Shown here: positions 20,880 through 31,773 of the stretch, in pieces
Layout: every line of letters starts with the position of its first letter
How positions within the stretch are numbered: position 1 is the first letter of the stretch
Made by a program: the position numbers and the translations under genes
Origin: an uncultured Actinomycetota bacterium
GTDB lineage: Bacteria; Actinomycetota; Acidimicrobiia; Spongiisociales; UBA4744
DNA length: 64,000 nucleotides
Assembly (NCBI GenBank): GCA_963823915.1
Contig: CAWGNJ010000006.1
Coordinates: 82,225-146,224 of the forward strand
Reading direction: 5' to 3'
Notes under the pieces: generated by a model
What the model was told of the DNA's origin: nothing
Database searches by the model: none
Seen by the model: only the letters and a program-made list of their open reading frames with translations

Positions 20880-21636
20880 TTGCCTTTGTTCGTTCGGTAC
20901 CGAGGTCGTTCTCCGATGCCCTCAGCGGTGGGTCACCTGGTGCGGGCATCGACGTTGCCGCGGCCGCGAGCAACACGCTCGATACGTCGCCGTTCTAGCC
21001 GAAGGCGGGTTTCAGCTCGAGGCGCTCGATACGCCGTCTGGTCTCGCCGATGGCCCGTTCATTGAGGACACGGGAGTTTTGTTGGCCGGGACGCTCGTCC
21101 TCACCCGACCCGGGGCACCCTCTCGCCGGGCTGAGGTGGTCGGGGTGGGCGAAGCTCTCGAGGATCGATTCGACATCCGCACAATCGAAGCGCCGGGAAC
21201 CCTGGAGGGCGGGGATGTCTTGCGGATCGGTAACCGCCTCTTTGTAGGTCGCTCAGCCCGCACCAACGACGACGGGATACAACAGCTGGCGGCCATCGCG
21301 GCCGAGCAAGGTATAGAGACGATTCCGGTCTCGGTGCGAAACACCCTCCACCTCAAGTCGGTGGTCACCGCCCTGGACGATAGAACGCTGGTCGCCGCGC
21401 CCGGGCACTTCGATCCCATGGTGTTCGACAGCTATGAGGTGTGCTGGGTGAGGGGAGAGAGCGAGGTCAATGTCCTGGTCCTTCCCAACAGCAGCATTTT
21501 GATCCCGGCCTCGAAAGAGGCGTTGCAGGGTGTGGTCGCGGCGGCTGGCTACGAGGTGACGACCGTGGACGTGTCCGAGTTCGAAAAGGCCGACGGCGGC
21601 CTGACCTGTCTCTCCCTGAGGACCAACGGGAGTTAG
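20867..21636 (+). CDS. dimethylarginine dimethylaminohydrolase (DDAH)/amidinotransferase-family protein, with a frameshift near 20965
   Basis: N-terminus MAPPIAFVRSVPRSFSDAL is in frame 2. Then EQHARYVAVLAEGG...GLADGPFIEDTGVL...TRPGAPSRRAEV...GTLEGGDVL...GRSARTN...ADGGLTCLSL is in frame 1. The C-terminal Cys nucleophile motif is present. Confidence 0.7.
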
Positions 21637-21697
21637 CCAGCTGCGAGCTGCGAGCTGCCTGCTAGGAGCCAAGAACCAGTGACCGATGACTGCCCTT

Positions 21698-22150
21698 CCA
21701 CCCTCCCCCTGACCCCCTCCCGCCAGCGGGAGGGGGGGATGGTTTTCGCCTCGCCCGCTGGCGGGAGAGGCGCGGAGTTGCCGAAGGCGACGAAGCGGAG
21801 AGGGTGGGAGCGGAAAGCGGATGGCGAATAGCGGATGGCTCTTTTCCACCCTCCCCCTGACCCCTCCCGCCAGCGGGAGGAGGGGGGATTGTTTTGCCTC
21901 GCCCGCTGGCGGGAGAGGCGCGGAGTTGCCGAAGGCGACGAAGCGGAGAGGGTGGAAACGAGCTGCGAGCGAAGACCCTCCCGCGGGTCGGAGGCGGGGG
22001 ATTGGTTTGTCTCGCCCGCTGGCGGGAGAGGCGCGGAGTTGCCGAAGGCGACGAAGCGGAGAGGGTGGGAGCGGAAAGCGGATGGCGAATAGCGGATGGC
22101 TCTTTTCCACCCTCCCCCTGACCCCCTCCCGCCAGCGGGAGGGGGGATTG
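21698..22150. repeat. tandem array of ~110-bp GC-rich palindromic units (3 full-length copies plus one left-half copy; identical ~38-bp spacers between copies), MITE/REP-like
   Basis: Unit: ccaccctccccctgaccccctcccgccagcgggaggggg...cgcccgctggcgggagaggcgcggagttgccgaaggcgacgaagcggagagggtgg. It has terminal inverted repeats ccaccctc/gagggtgg and an internal motif cccgccagcggg with its reverse complement cccgctggcggg. Confidence 0.8.
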
Positions 22151-22206
22151 AAAACAAGCCAACGCCGTGGGTTCTCCGTCGGCCCCAAACCGCGAGAGAC
22201 CACTCT

Positions 22207-22262
22207 TCAGGAACGCGACAAACGAGAAACGAGAAACTAGAAACTAGAAACTGGAAACTAAG
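22207..22262. repeat. heptanucleotide microsatellite (agaaact-like, 6 copies)
   Basis: agaaacgagaaactagaaactagaaactggaaactaagaact. Confidence 0.8.
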
Positions 22263-23418
22263 AACTCCCCAGCGCCTGGTCCAGGTCTTCGAGGAGGTCG
22301 TCGATGTGCTCGAGACCGACGGAGAGGCGGACGAGATCGTCAGGTACTTCGAGGGGAGTGCCCTGGACGGAGGCATGCGTCATCAGCGCCGGCACTTCGA
22401 TCAGGGATTCGACTCCTCCCAAGCTCTCGGCGAGGAGGAACAACCGGGTGGAGGAAGCGATGCGCTTGGCGGCAGAAGTCCCGTCGACGGGTCGAAACGA
22501 AACCATGCCACCGAATCCCGCCATCTGGCGGGCCGCCAAGTCGTGCTGGGGGTGATCGACCAGACCCGGGTAGATGGTCTGGCTTACCGCCGGGTTATCG
22601 CGGAGGAAGCGCGCAACTCGGGCGGCGTTTGTGCAATGCCGCTCGATGCGGACCGCCAGGGTTTTGAGCCCTCGCAACACCAACCAGGCGTCGAAAGGCC
22701 CGGACACCGGTCCGGCCGCGTTGAGCAAGAAGCGAAACCGCTCATTCAGGTCAGGGTCGGCGGTTACCAAAGCGCCGCCGACGGTATCTGAGTGGCCGCC
22801 CAGGTACTTGGTGGTCGAGTGGAGGACGATGTCGGCGCCCGCGGATAGAGGGTGTTGCAGATAGGGGGTGGCGAAGGTGTTGTCCACCACCAGACGGGCG
22901 CCGGCAGATGGGCCACCGTGGCGGCATGACCGATATCGACCAGCCGGCAGCAGCGGGTTGGTGGGGGTCTCAACCCACACCAACTTGGTTTCCGGTCGCA
23001 CTGCTGTCTCCAGGAGTCGGCGGTCGGTCATGTCGACGGCCGACCAGGCAACCCCTTGTTCTGCCAGGACCTGGGCGAAGAAGCGGAAGGTGCCGCCGTA
23101 CGCGTCGTTAGGGAGCAGCACGTGGTCGCCTGGCTGCAGCAGGTATCCGACGAGGGCAGTGGCCGCCATCCCGGAGGCGGTGGCCACGGCGCCTCCGCCC
23201 GAGTCGGAAGGAACCCCTTCCAGGGCGGCCAGGGCCACTTCCAGAGCGTGGCGGGTGGGGTTATCGGTGCGGGAGTATTCGTAGCCGCGATGCTGTCCGG
23301 GGCCATCCTGGACGAAAGTGCTGGTGGCGTAGATAGGTACGGTCACCGCTCCGGTGGTGGGATCGGGTTCTTGGCCGGCATGGATGGCATCCGTTTCAAA
23401 CCGCATTACTTCTCCAGA
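22258..23418 (-). CDS. PLP-dependent cystathionine gamma-synthase/gamma-lyase family (MetB/MetC/CGL)
   Basis: MRFETDAIHAG start; TKYLGGHSDTVGG Schiff-base Lys motif. A 17-aa internal segment (LPAGRYRSCRHGGPSAGA) is out of frame between compensating indels near 22915-22965. The annotated 462-aa ORF reads through in-frame from the upstream CBS-like gene. Confidence 0.85.
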   Translation of the reverse strand, partial: SGEVMRFETDAIHAGQEPDPTTGAVTVPIYATSTFVQDGPGQHRGYEYSRTDNPTRHALEVALAALEGVPSDSGGGAVATASGMAATALVGYLLQPGDHVLLPNDAYGGTFRFFAQVLAEQGVAWSAVDMTDRRLLETAVRPETKLVWVETPTNPLLPAGRYRSCRHGGPSAGARLVVDNTFATPYLQHPLSAGADIVLHSTTKYLGGHSDTVGGALVTADPDLNERFRFLLNAAGPVSGPFDAWLVLRGLKTLAVRIERHCTNAARVARFLRDNPAVSQTIYPGLVDHPQHDLAARQMAGFGGMVSFRPVDGTSAAKRIASSTRLFLLAESLGGVESLIEVPALMTHASVQGTPLEVPDDLVRLSVGLEHIDDLLEDLDQALGSS

Positions 23419-24357
23419 AGTCTGTGGTCGTCGCAGCCACTCGTCGTTGAAAGCTTTCGACAGGTAGCCCCGACCTGAATCGGGGAGGATGACCACGACC
23501 AGGCGGTCGGGGTGCTGGGCCGCGACCTGAAGAGCGGCGTGAACCGCTAGGCCACACGAGCCGCCTACCAGAAGGCCCTCCTCGCGGGCCAGGCGTCGAG
23601 TCATCGCGAAAGACTGGCGATCGTTGACCTTGATGAACTCATCCACGACGGATCCGTCGTATGTCTCCGGCCAGAAGTCCTCGCCTACACCCTCGACCAG
23701 GTACTGGTGGACGTCTTCGGATCGAAGGAGCAGTGAAAATGGAACCCTCCGGGTCGGCCCCCACCATCAGAATATCCGGATTCTGCTCTTTCAGGTATCT
23801 GTCCGATGCCGGTGATCGTGCCGCCCGTACCTACCCCGATGACCACGTGCTCCGACTTGCCCGTCTGTTTGCTGCCCAGATCTCTGGTCCTGTAGTCATG
23901 TAGTGGGTTTCGGGGTTGGCCGGGTTCGAGTACTGATCGGGGTGGTAGGCGCCAGGGATTTCGGATGCGATCCGTCGGGCAACGCCGTAGTAGGAGTCGG
24001 GATGGTCGGGCAGCAGTTCGGTACGGGTGACGATCACCTCGACTCCGTACGCTTTGAGCAGGTCCTGCTTTTCTTTGGACACCTTGTCGGGGACCGTGCA
24101 GATGACCCGATAGCCCCGCACCGCCCCGACAATCGCCAGGCCGACTCCGGTATTTCCGCTGGTCGGTTCAACAATGGTGCCGCCCGGTCGAGCAATCCGA
24201 GCTCTTCGGCTCGATCGATCATGGTCACGGCGATGCGCTCTTTGATCGACCCGCCGACACTCACGTGCTCGGCTTTGGCGACCAGATTGCCGGGCGGGTG
24301 GAGCCGGGCGAGGCGGATCAGGGGGGTGTGTCCGATCGCCTCGACGGCACTTTCATA
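23419..24357 (-). pseudogene. cystathionine beta-synthase/cysteine synthase (PLP fold-type II) homologue, disrupted by 3 or more frameshifts, with no stop before the downstream CGL
   Basis: The pieces are in different frames: VAIYESAVEAIGHTPLIRL...KAEHVSVGGSIKERIA, then PDQYSNPANPETHYMTTGPEIW, then GKSEHVVIGVGTGGTITG, then YLKEQNPDILMVGADPEGSIF, then DEFIKVNDRQSFAMTRRLAREEGLLVGGSCG...FNDEWL. Confidence 0.6.
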
Positions 24358-24370
24358 GATAGCCACGAGG

Positions 24371-24545
24371 CAGCAATTTAGTAACCAGTCTCCAGTTACC
24401 AGTTCCCAGGTGCGTCTCCCCCCTGACCTGCGCAGCTCGTCGGGAAGGGGGGAGTACCGGCGAAGCCGGGGAGGGGGGCTCGTTCCCACCAAGGTCACTG
24501 GACCTGGTTGCTGATAACTGACCACTGACAACTGATTACTGTCTT
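24371..24545. repeat. composite intergenic repeat: ccagtt-type repeats, a palindromic ccccctgacc element related to the 21.7-kb array, and heptamer NNNactg repeats
   Basis: taaccagtctccagttaccagttcccagg; cccccctgacctgcgcagctcgtcgggaaggggggag...ggggaggggggctcg; ctgataactgaccactgacaactgattactg. Confidence 0.6.
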
Positions 24546-24548
24546 CCC

Positions 24549-25467
24549 ATGCGCTCGCTTGCCAAGTTCGTCTGGGCAACCTTGATCGTGAATGTCGGCG
24601 TGATCGTTTTTGGCGCGTACGTGCGGGCCACAGGTTCGGGGGCCGGTTGCGGGGCCAATTGGCCCAGCTGCAACGGGGAGTTCATTCCGTCCGACCTCGA
24701 GGACGCGAGGGCAATCGAGTTCACACACCGGGTGACCAGCGGCCTGGCGCTGATCCTGGTGGCGGTTCTGGTCTGGCGCATCTGGCGGAGCTTATCCGTC
24801 CGGTCACCGCGGCTCCGGCGCGGTGCCGCCTTTTCAGGCGTGTTCATCATCGGCGAAGCGTTGATCGGAGCGGTGATCGTGCTGTACGAGTGGGTCGCCG
24901 ACGATGCTTCGGTGGCTCGGACGGCTGGCGGTTCCACTGCATCTGGTCAACACCCTTCTGTTGCTGGGTGCCTTGACTCTGACCGCCTGGTGGGTGTCTG
25001 GGGGCGGCTCGCTGCGATTTGACCGAGACCGCCGGTTTGCCCGCCGGTGGGTTGTCGGCGGGGTCGGAGTGGTGCTGATTGCCGCCACCGGGGCCATCAC
25101 CGCGCTGGCCGACACTCTGTTTCCACCGGAGTCTTTGATTGGAGGCCTGAGGGAGGATTTCACCGGAGCCGAGCACTTTCTCACCAATCTGCGGGTGGCC
25201 CACCCGATCGTGGCCATTGCGGTTGGTGTGTACCTCGTCTGGCTGGCCCGACGGTTTGGGATGACCGGCCGAGGCAGGCCAGCTTCGCTGGCGATCCTCG
25301 TCCTGGTGGGGGCGCAGCTGGTGGCCGGGGCGCTCAACATTGCGTTGCTCACCCCGGTCTGGCTGCAGTTGGTGCATTTACTGCTGGCGGACCTCGTCTG
25401 GGTTGCCCTCGTGGTCTTCGGGGCCGAGCTTCTCAGTGAGCACGAGAAACGCGAGCTGGTTGCCTAG
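24549..25467 (+). CDS. ctaA: heme A synthase CtaA/COX15, with a frameshift near 24910
   Basis: N-terminal half has SGAGCGANWPSCNG (Cys pair). C-terminal half has TM helices with conserved His (EHFLTNLRVAHPIVAIAVG, LQLVHLLLADL) in a second frame. Confidence 0.75.
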
Positions 25468-25973
25468 GTTTCGGCACCGGGCGGTCGGGCATCTGCCTTG
25501 TTGGCGTACTTGGCCAGTTCCTTGGCCAGCTTGGCCATATTGGCGCAGGACTCATCGTTGATCGACCGGCGACCGCAAGCCGGACAGGTCAAAACAGCCT
25601 CGGGGTACGGGCAGACCCAATCAGCCTGCATCGCTCTGATTTGGTGGTGACAGTGGTCATGCACCTTCTGGCCGCACGATCGGCATTGCAGCCATTCCTT
25701 GGCCATCTCATGGTCGGCGGGTTCTTGGCGGTGGATAGTCCCGCACCAGAAACACTGGTTGCGTCTCTCTGCAGAGCTGAAGCGCCGGGCAGCCAGACGT
25801 CGAGCAACCCTGTGAATGAGAAGGCCAAGAGCGACAGCCGCGGCGAACGCACTCACAATCGCGACGATCAAGAGGATGACATCACGATCCACCACATCGC
25901 CCTTTGTCAGGCTGTCTCTACCGTGCCCCCCATTCCGCGCCGCTGCCAGGGCCAAAAGGCCCGTTTGGGACAA
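25464..25973 (-). CDS. hypothetical membrane-anchored Cys-rich (zinc-ribbon-like) protein
   Basis: One TM helix plus CFWC...CRSCGQKVHDHCHH...CPACGRR cysteine clusters. Confidence 0.45.
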   Translation of the reverse strand: MSQTGLLALAAARNGGHGRDSLTKGDVVDRDVILLIVAIVSAFAAAVALGLLIHRVARRLAARRFSSAERRNQCFWCGTIHRQEPADHEMAKEWLQCRSCGQKVHDHCHHQIRAMQADWVCPYPEAVLTCPACGRRSINDESCANMAKLAKELAKYANKADARPPGAET

Positions 25974-25998
25974 CGAGCTGCGAGCTACGAGCTGCGAG

Positions 25999-28025
25999 TT
26001 AGGCGTCTAGTTGTTGGCGAAGGGTTTCCGGGTCGGTGACCGGAAGCTCGCAGGCAAAGTTGCGGCACACGAAAGCACGAGTCCCGGCACCGCCATCCCG
26101 ACCGGCCAGCAGAGGGATCGCAGATGCTCCGTCACCGGAGCGGTCCAGGGCGATAACCACATCCGGGCGGAATTGTTCCCACACGGCCCGGGCGAATCGG
26201 TCGGCCTCCGGTCCCACGATTGCCACCTCGCGGGGTGGAAGCAGCAGCGATGAGAGCACGGCCAACAAGTGTCCTACCCCGGTGGGAGCTCCTTCGATGA
26301 GGCGACCTCCCGCCCGGATCGCGCTCTCGGCGAGGGTCCGCAGGTCGGCGTCACCCGTGTACAGCGAGGCAATCAGCAAAGCCTCCGCGGCCATCGAGTT
26401 GGCGGAAGGGTGGGGGCTGTCGTACTGGTCCTTGGGTCTGGTGACCAAAGCTTCGGCGTCGTTTCCGGTTGTGAAGAATCCTCCGTCCTGAGCTGCAAAA
26501 AGGTCGACCATCTGCTCGACCAGCGCCATTGCCTCGCGGTACCAATCCGCCTCGCCGGTCGCCTGGTACAGAGTGAACAGCCCGACGAGCCAGAGCCGCG
26601 TAGTCCTCGCTGAATCCGGGCCGGCCGGAGCGGCCCTTTCCCCAGCTGCGTAGCAACCGCCCGTCTTCGGCGCGGTTGTGTATCAAGCAGGAATTGAGCG
26701 GCCTGGACGGCGAGATCGAGCGTACCGTCCGTCGTCCAGCACGGCGCCGGCTTCGGCGAGGGCCCGGATGGCCATCCCATTCCACGAAGTGACCACCTTG
26801 TCGTCGAGCCCTGGGCGGATTCGTCGATTCCGGGCCTCGAGCAGCCTGGTCGGGCTGCGCCCACGGCGGCGACGACTTCCTCCGGAGCTATCCCGAGTTC
26901 GGCGGCCACCTGCTCAGGTGGGCGGGCCTCGTAGAGGTGATTGGCGCCTTCGAAGTTGCCGTCCAGGGTCACCCCAAAATAGGACCCAGCCGGCGCGGCT
27001 GGGTCGTCGCCGACGATGGAGCGAAACTCGGCTGTCGGACCACACATAGAACTTCCCTTCGACACCTTCCGAATCTGCATCCTCGGCGGCCGCGAACCCA
27101 CCTCCCGGCAACCGCAGGTCTCGGATCATGTATTCAAGCGTGTCGATGGCAACTGCCCGGAACCGCGGCTTCATCGGTCATCTGCCCGGCCCGTAGATAG
27201 AGGCGGGCGAGCTGGGCGTTGGTGTAGAGCATCTTCTCGAAGTGGGGAATCAGCCAATTCCGGTCAACCGCGTACCGGGCGAAACCTCCGCCTACGTGGT
27301 CGAAGATGCCCCCTTGCGCCATCTTCATCAAGGTGGAGTGGGCCATGTCGAGGGCGCCATCGGCCCACGGCTGGTCACCGACCCGCAGGAGGAACTCGAG
27401 GACCGGTTCCTGGGGGAACTTGGGCGCCCCACCGAAGCCCCCACGCTCGACGTCGAAGAGACCTCGGAAGACTTCCAGGGCGTCCACGAGCGCCGATTGA
27501 CCCGGCAGCTCGCGCGGTCGGGGGGAGCGTTTGGTCGATGGTCGCGACCAGCCGGTCGGCTTGGGTCTGCACCTCGTCGCGGCGATTCCGCCAGGCGTCA
27601 CTGACGGCCTGCATGATCCGCCCGAAGGACGGCATCCCCGGCCGATCGTCCTTGGGGAAGTACGTGCCGGCATAGAAAGGCTCACCCTCGGGGGTCAAGA
27701 ACACGGTCATGGGCCATCCGCCGCGGCCGGTCAACCGCTGGACCGCCTCCATGTAGATGGCGTCCACGTCGGGTCGTTCCTCACGATCGACTTTGACGTT
27801 TACGAAGAGTTGGTTCATCAACTGAGCCGTCTCGGGGTCTTCGAACGATTCGTGCGCCATCACGTGGCACCAGTGACAGGCCGAATATCCGACGGAGAGC
27901 AAGATGGGTTTGTCTTCGAGGCGGGCCTTTTGGTGGGCGTCCTCTCCCCACGGGTACCAATCAACGGGGTTGTTCTGGTGCTGGAGCAGGTATGGAGATG
28001 TTTCTTCGGCAAGGCGATTGGGCAT
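25999..28025 (-). CDS. thioredoxin-domain protein of the YyaL/DUF255 family (N-terminal Trx-like plus C-terminal (alpha/alpha)6 barrel), spread over 4 frames
   Basis: [21 protein letters not shown] (Trx CxxC), [17 protein letters not shown], and a C-terminal [12 protein letters not shown], each in a different frame (27375-28025, 27134-27685, 26373-27174, 25999-26529). Confidence 0.65.
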
Positions 28026-28292
28026 GGCAAGACCGTAGTGAGCTCCTGCGATTAGAACCGGTCAGCGCGGTGGTCAAGCTATTTCGTCTCCTGCCGATGG
28101 TTGGTCACGTGCGAATCAAGCCATATGCAGGTTGAGCTTTCTTGATGGTGGAAACCATTGGTGATCGTTCGGGAACCCCTGAACAAAAAAAAGGGGGTTC
28201 ACAAACCGGCATATATATGTCATATTGCATCCGATGCCTCGAATGGAAACGTTTCCAATCGAGCCCACCCCTTGACCGGAGGACACCCCAAC

Positions 28293-29333
28293 ATGCCAGC
28301 AGCTGAGAAGACGCGCCGCGTCCGTTCCAACGGCAACGGAAACGGCGCCGACCCCAAGTCTGAAGCACGGGTTCGGCGCGAACGTGAGCGCGATCGTCAG
28401 CGGAACAAGCTGACCGATGAGCGAGGCCGTCTTACTACGGACCTCGTCAGCCAGTACCTGACCGCCATCGGCGAGTACGACTTGCTGACCGCCGAGCAGG
28501 AAGTCGAGCTCGCCCAAAAGATCGAAACCGGCGAAGACGCGGCTATTCGGTTGGAGGCCGGGGAATACAAGGACAAGAAGCAGGAGATCGAACTGCGACG
28601 CAAAGCCCGGCACGGCAAAGAAGCCAAGGATGCCTTCTTGACCGCCAACCTGCGTCTGGTCGTCGCCAATGCCCGCCGTTATGCGAACACCTCAGGCATC
28701 GATTTCCTCGATCTGATTCAGGAGGGAAACCTCGGTCTGATCCGCGCAGTCGAGAAGTTCGACTGGCGCAAAGGCTTCAAGTTCTCCACCTACGCCACCT
28801 GGTGGATCCGCCAGGCCATCACCAGGGCCATCGCCGACAAGTCCCGTACCGTGCGGATTCCGGTCCATCTGCACGACACGCTGGCTGCGGTGCGTGCCGC
28901 CCAGGCGAGCCTCAAAGCGGAATTGGGTCGTGACCCGAAGCCCGAAGAAATTGCCGAGGAGGCAGGTGTCACCGTCGACAAGGTCGAGTTGGCGCTGGGA
29001 GTTGCCGACACGGTATCCCTGGAGCAGCCCGTTGGTGAAGACGGGGCGCAGTTGGGCGACTTCATCGAAGATGAGGACGCCACCGACCCGGTGCAGATCA
29101 CCGAGGAACTCGACGTGGCCCAAAGCCTGCGAGTGTCGATTGAGCGGCTTCCTGATCGTGAGGGCCGCATCCTGGCCTTGCGGTACGGATTTTACGACGG
29201 CGTCCCCCGGACGCTCGAGGAGATCGGCGACGAGTTCAGCCTGACTCGTGAACGGATTCGCCAACTCGAGAAGCTGGCGCTGTGCAGACTTCGTCACCCC
29301 TCGTTCGGGATCCGCGAACAAGATCTGGTTTAG
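28293..29333 (+). CDS. sigma-70 family RNA polymerase sigma factor, group 2 (SigB/HrdB-like; 347 aa, no acidic region 1.1)
   Basis: Region 2 [43 protein letters not shown]; region 3 [13 protein letters not shown]; region 4 [26 protein letters not shown]-rich putative promoter upstream and GGAGGA RBS. Intact frame. Confidence 0.9.
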   Translation: MPAAEKTRRVRSNGNGNGADPKSEARVRRERERDRQRNKLTDERGRLTTDLVSQYLTAIGEYDLLTAEQEVELAQKIETGEDAAIRLEAGEYKDKKQEIELRRKARHGKEAKDAFLTANLRLVVANARRYANTSGIDFLDLIQEGNLGLIRAVEKFDWRKGFKFSTYATWWIRQAITRAIADKSRTVRIPVHLHDTLAAVRAAQASLKAELGRDPKPEEIAEEAGVTVDKVELALGVADTVSLEQPVGEDGAQLGDFIEDEDATDPVQITEELDVAQSLRVSIERLPDREGRILALRYGFYDGVPRTLEEIGDEFSLTRERIRQLEKLALCRLRHPSFGIREQDLV

Positions 29334-29494
29334 GAGAGGTACTTCGTACCTCGTACTTTGTACTTGGCAAGTCGTACTTCGTAGGTCGCGCCCGGTTCAT
29401 TGGTGCTGAGACCAGAAACCTGGAACCTGAAACCTGGAACCTGTCACCTGAGACCCAATTCGCGTTTCGCTTGCGGGCGGCCCACCCGAATACC

Positions 29495-30710
29495 ATGGCC
29501 GCTATGAGTGACGAATACGACGTAGCGATAATCGGCGGGGGCATCGTCGGGCTGGCCACTGGTCTTGGTTTGCTCGAGGCAAAGCCGGAACTTCAGCTGG
29601 TGGTGCTCGAAAAAGAAGCCCGACTTGGTCAACACCAGACCGGACACAACAGTGGCGTGGTCCACTCCGGCGTGTACTACAAACCCGGATCGCTGAAGGC
29701 GAAACTCTGCGTCGATGGGGTCCACAAGCTGCGCACCTTCTGCGAGAGCGAAGGCCTCGCCTACGAGGCCTTCGGCAAGATCCTGGTTGCAGTCGAACCA
29801 CAAGAGGTGGCGGCCCTGGAGGAGATCCATCGGCGGGGAATGGCCAATGGGGTCGAAGGGCTTCGTCAGTTGGATCCGAGCGGGATCCGCGAGATCGAGC
29901 CCAACGCCGCCGGCGTGGCCGGTCTGCACGTGCCCGGCACGGCTTCGGTCGATTTCCAGCAAATCGCAGAGGCGATGGCACTTCGCCTGGAGCGAATGGG
30001 CGGGACCGTGAGACTCAAATCTGAGGTCCTGTCAATCGCCAACGGCCCCACAGGAATCGGTATCAGTACCTCCACCGGCGACCTATCAGCCGGATACCTG
30101 GTCAATTGCGCCGGATTGCAGTGTGATCGGGTGGCTCGGATGGCCGGAGCCGATCCGCAGGTTCAGATCGTTCCTTTCCGTGGCGAGTACTACGAGATCA
30201 AGGATGATCGGGCTGGTCTGGTCAACGGCATGATCTACCCCGTGCCCGACCCCCGGTTTCCCTTTCTCGGAGTGCACTTCACGAAGACCGTCTCTGGCGA
30301 TATCGAAGCAGGACCCGAACGCGGTGTTGGCCCTCTCCCGGGAGGGATACCGGTGGGGATCGATTGATGGGTCCGACCTCTGGGAAACCCTTCGGAACCC
30401 GGGACTGTGGGTGGTAGCTCGCCGGTATTGGAAGACCGGGATCGGGGAGATGGTTCGTTCGGCGAGCAAACGGGCATTCGTGTCCGCCCTGCAACGGCTG
30501 GTGCCCGCCATTCAAACCGATGACGTCGTTCGGGCCGGCGCCGGGGTGCGGGCTCAGGCGATGGACCGCCAGGGCAACCTGCTCGACGACTTTTCGATCG
30601 AGGAGTCGCCCCGGGCTCTGCATGTCCTCAACGCCCCGTCGCCGGCCGCCACCGCCTCGTTGGCAATTGGTGAGCATCTGGCCGGTCTGGTCCTGGAGCG
30701 ATCCGCCTAG
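29495..30710 (+). CDS. lhgO: FAD-dependent L-2-hydroxyglutarate oxidase/dehydrogenase (LhgO-like), with a frameshift near 30325
   Basis: YDVAIIGGGIVGLATG dinucleotide fold; GVVHSGVYYKPGSLKA. The C-terminal LHVLNAPSPAATASLAIG continues in ORF 30324-30710. Confidence 0.7.
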
Positions 30711-30818
30711 CCCGGGAATGTGACTCGAGACGGACCACAGCCTCTTCACGGAAGTGGCGGGGCCAGAGTGCGCTTCCGCCAATCTGAGCCGGCCGGCCCT
30801 TCGAGGGCGTAGGCTTCG

Positions 30819-31709
30819 ATGCAGAATGATCGTCGGAGCACGCTGGGGTACTGGCTTGTGAAGAAGTGGATACGCTCCACTCTCCTTGCCTTGGGACGTC
30901 ACCCGCAGCTGGCCAGGCTGCAGAGACTGTGGATGACGGATGAGAAAGCGCGCGCAGCCGTTTTTCACGCTCTGGAGGATCAACTGGCCGTCTCGGAGGC
31001 AACCTTGGCCAGAGCGCTGGAATCTGCCCCCGAGGCGATTGGTGAGTTCGACGACCTCCTGTGGCTCTTTTCGTCCAATCCGGCCAACCATGGGCTCATC
31101 CGGCTCCAAATCGACGAGGCGGGGTTCCTCTACCGTCTCGTCCGATCGTTGGATCATCCGCGAGTCGCCGAGTTGGGCCGCTACAAGGGTGGAGCGACGA
31201 TTTTGTTGGCGGCCGCCGGTGCTCACGTCGTATCGATCGACAACGACAGCCTGGAAGAGTGCCAGGCTTCGGTGGAGTCCCGGATGCCCGGTGCCGCAGA
31301 TCGACCAACCCGAGGTGTCTTCACTTCCGACTCGTCTGGTTTCGTGGCCGCGCTCGATTCTGCTTTGAGTCGTTTCGGTTTGCGGGACTCCGTTGACCTA
31401 CTGACGGGGGATACCCGAACCTGGAATGCGGACGAGACCTTTGATCTGTTGTTTTTTGACGCGTGCGCCAGCTACGACGGCATCCGCCGGGAATTCGAGA
31501 ATTGGTGGCCGCAATTGGTGGACAACGGCTGGGTTGTGTTCCGCGATGGCCGGCAACCACTTCTCCCTGACGTGGTTCGGTTCGTGTCTGATCTCAAGTC
31601 GGGTCGTTACTCCCCGCCCTCGACATCGGCACGGGCGAGGTTCGTTGAGCCCAGTTCACCTGGGGCGATGGTGGCTTTCCGGAAGCGAACGGATTCTCAA
31701 TCGCCCTGA
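30819..31709 (+). CDS. class I SAM-dependent methyltransferase (TylF/macrocin-O-MTase-like, Methyltransf_24 type)
   Basis: VAELGRYKGGATILLAAAG...VVSIDND...LLFFDA motifs. Confidence 0.65.
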   Translation: MQNDRRSTLGYWLVKKWIRSTLLALGRHPQLARLQRLWMTDEKARAAVFHALEDQLAVSEATLARALESAPEAIGEFDDLLWLFSSNPANHGLIRLQIDEAGFLYRLVRSLDHPRVAELGRYKGGATILLAAAGAHVVSIDNDSLEECQASVESRMPGAADRPTRGVFTSDSSGFVAALDSALSRFGLRDSVDLLTGDTRTWNADETFDLLFFDACASYDGIRREFENWWPQLVDNGWVVFRDGRQPLLPDVVRFVSDLKSGRYSPPSTSARARFVEPSSPGAMVAFRKRTDSQSP

Positions 31710-31773
31710 TTGCCCTCAAATCGGCGAAACTGAAATGTGAAGACGCCCAAACGTCGGGTAGCGTTGTATTCAT

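Noticed and set aside
21698-22150. CRISPR array
   Set aside because: Units are ~110 bp with shared 38-bp spacers (not unique), are internally palindromic, and no cas genes are nearby. It is a tandem MITE/REP-like array.
21253-22376. Long ORFs on both strands (316, 247, 166, 139 aa) over the repeat array
   Set aside because: They are translations of the repetitive GC-rich palindromes (poly-P/R/G/S). 21253-21640 is also antisense to the DDAH-like gene.
23419-23646. Annotated start of the 462-aa CGL ORF at 23646
   Set aside because: Residues 1-76 are the C-terminus of the upstream CBS-like gene read through in-frame. The CGL starts at MRFETD (23418).
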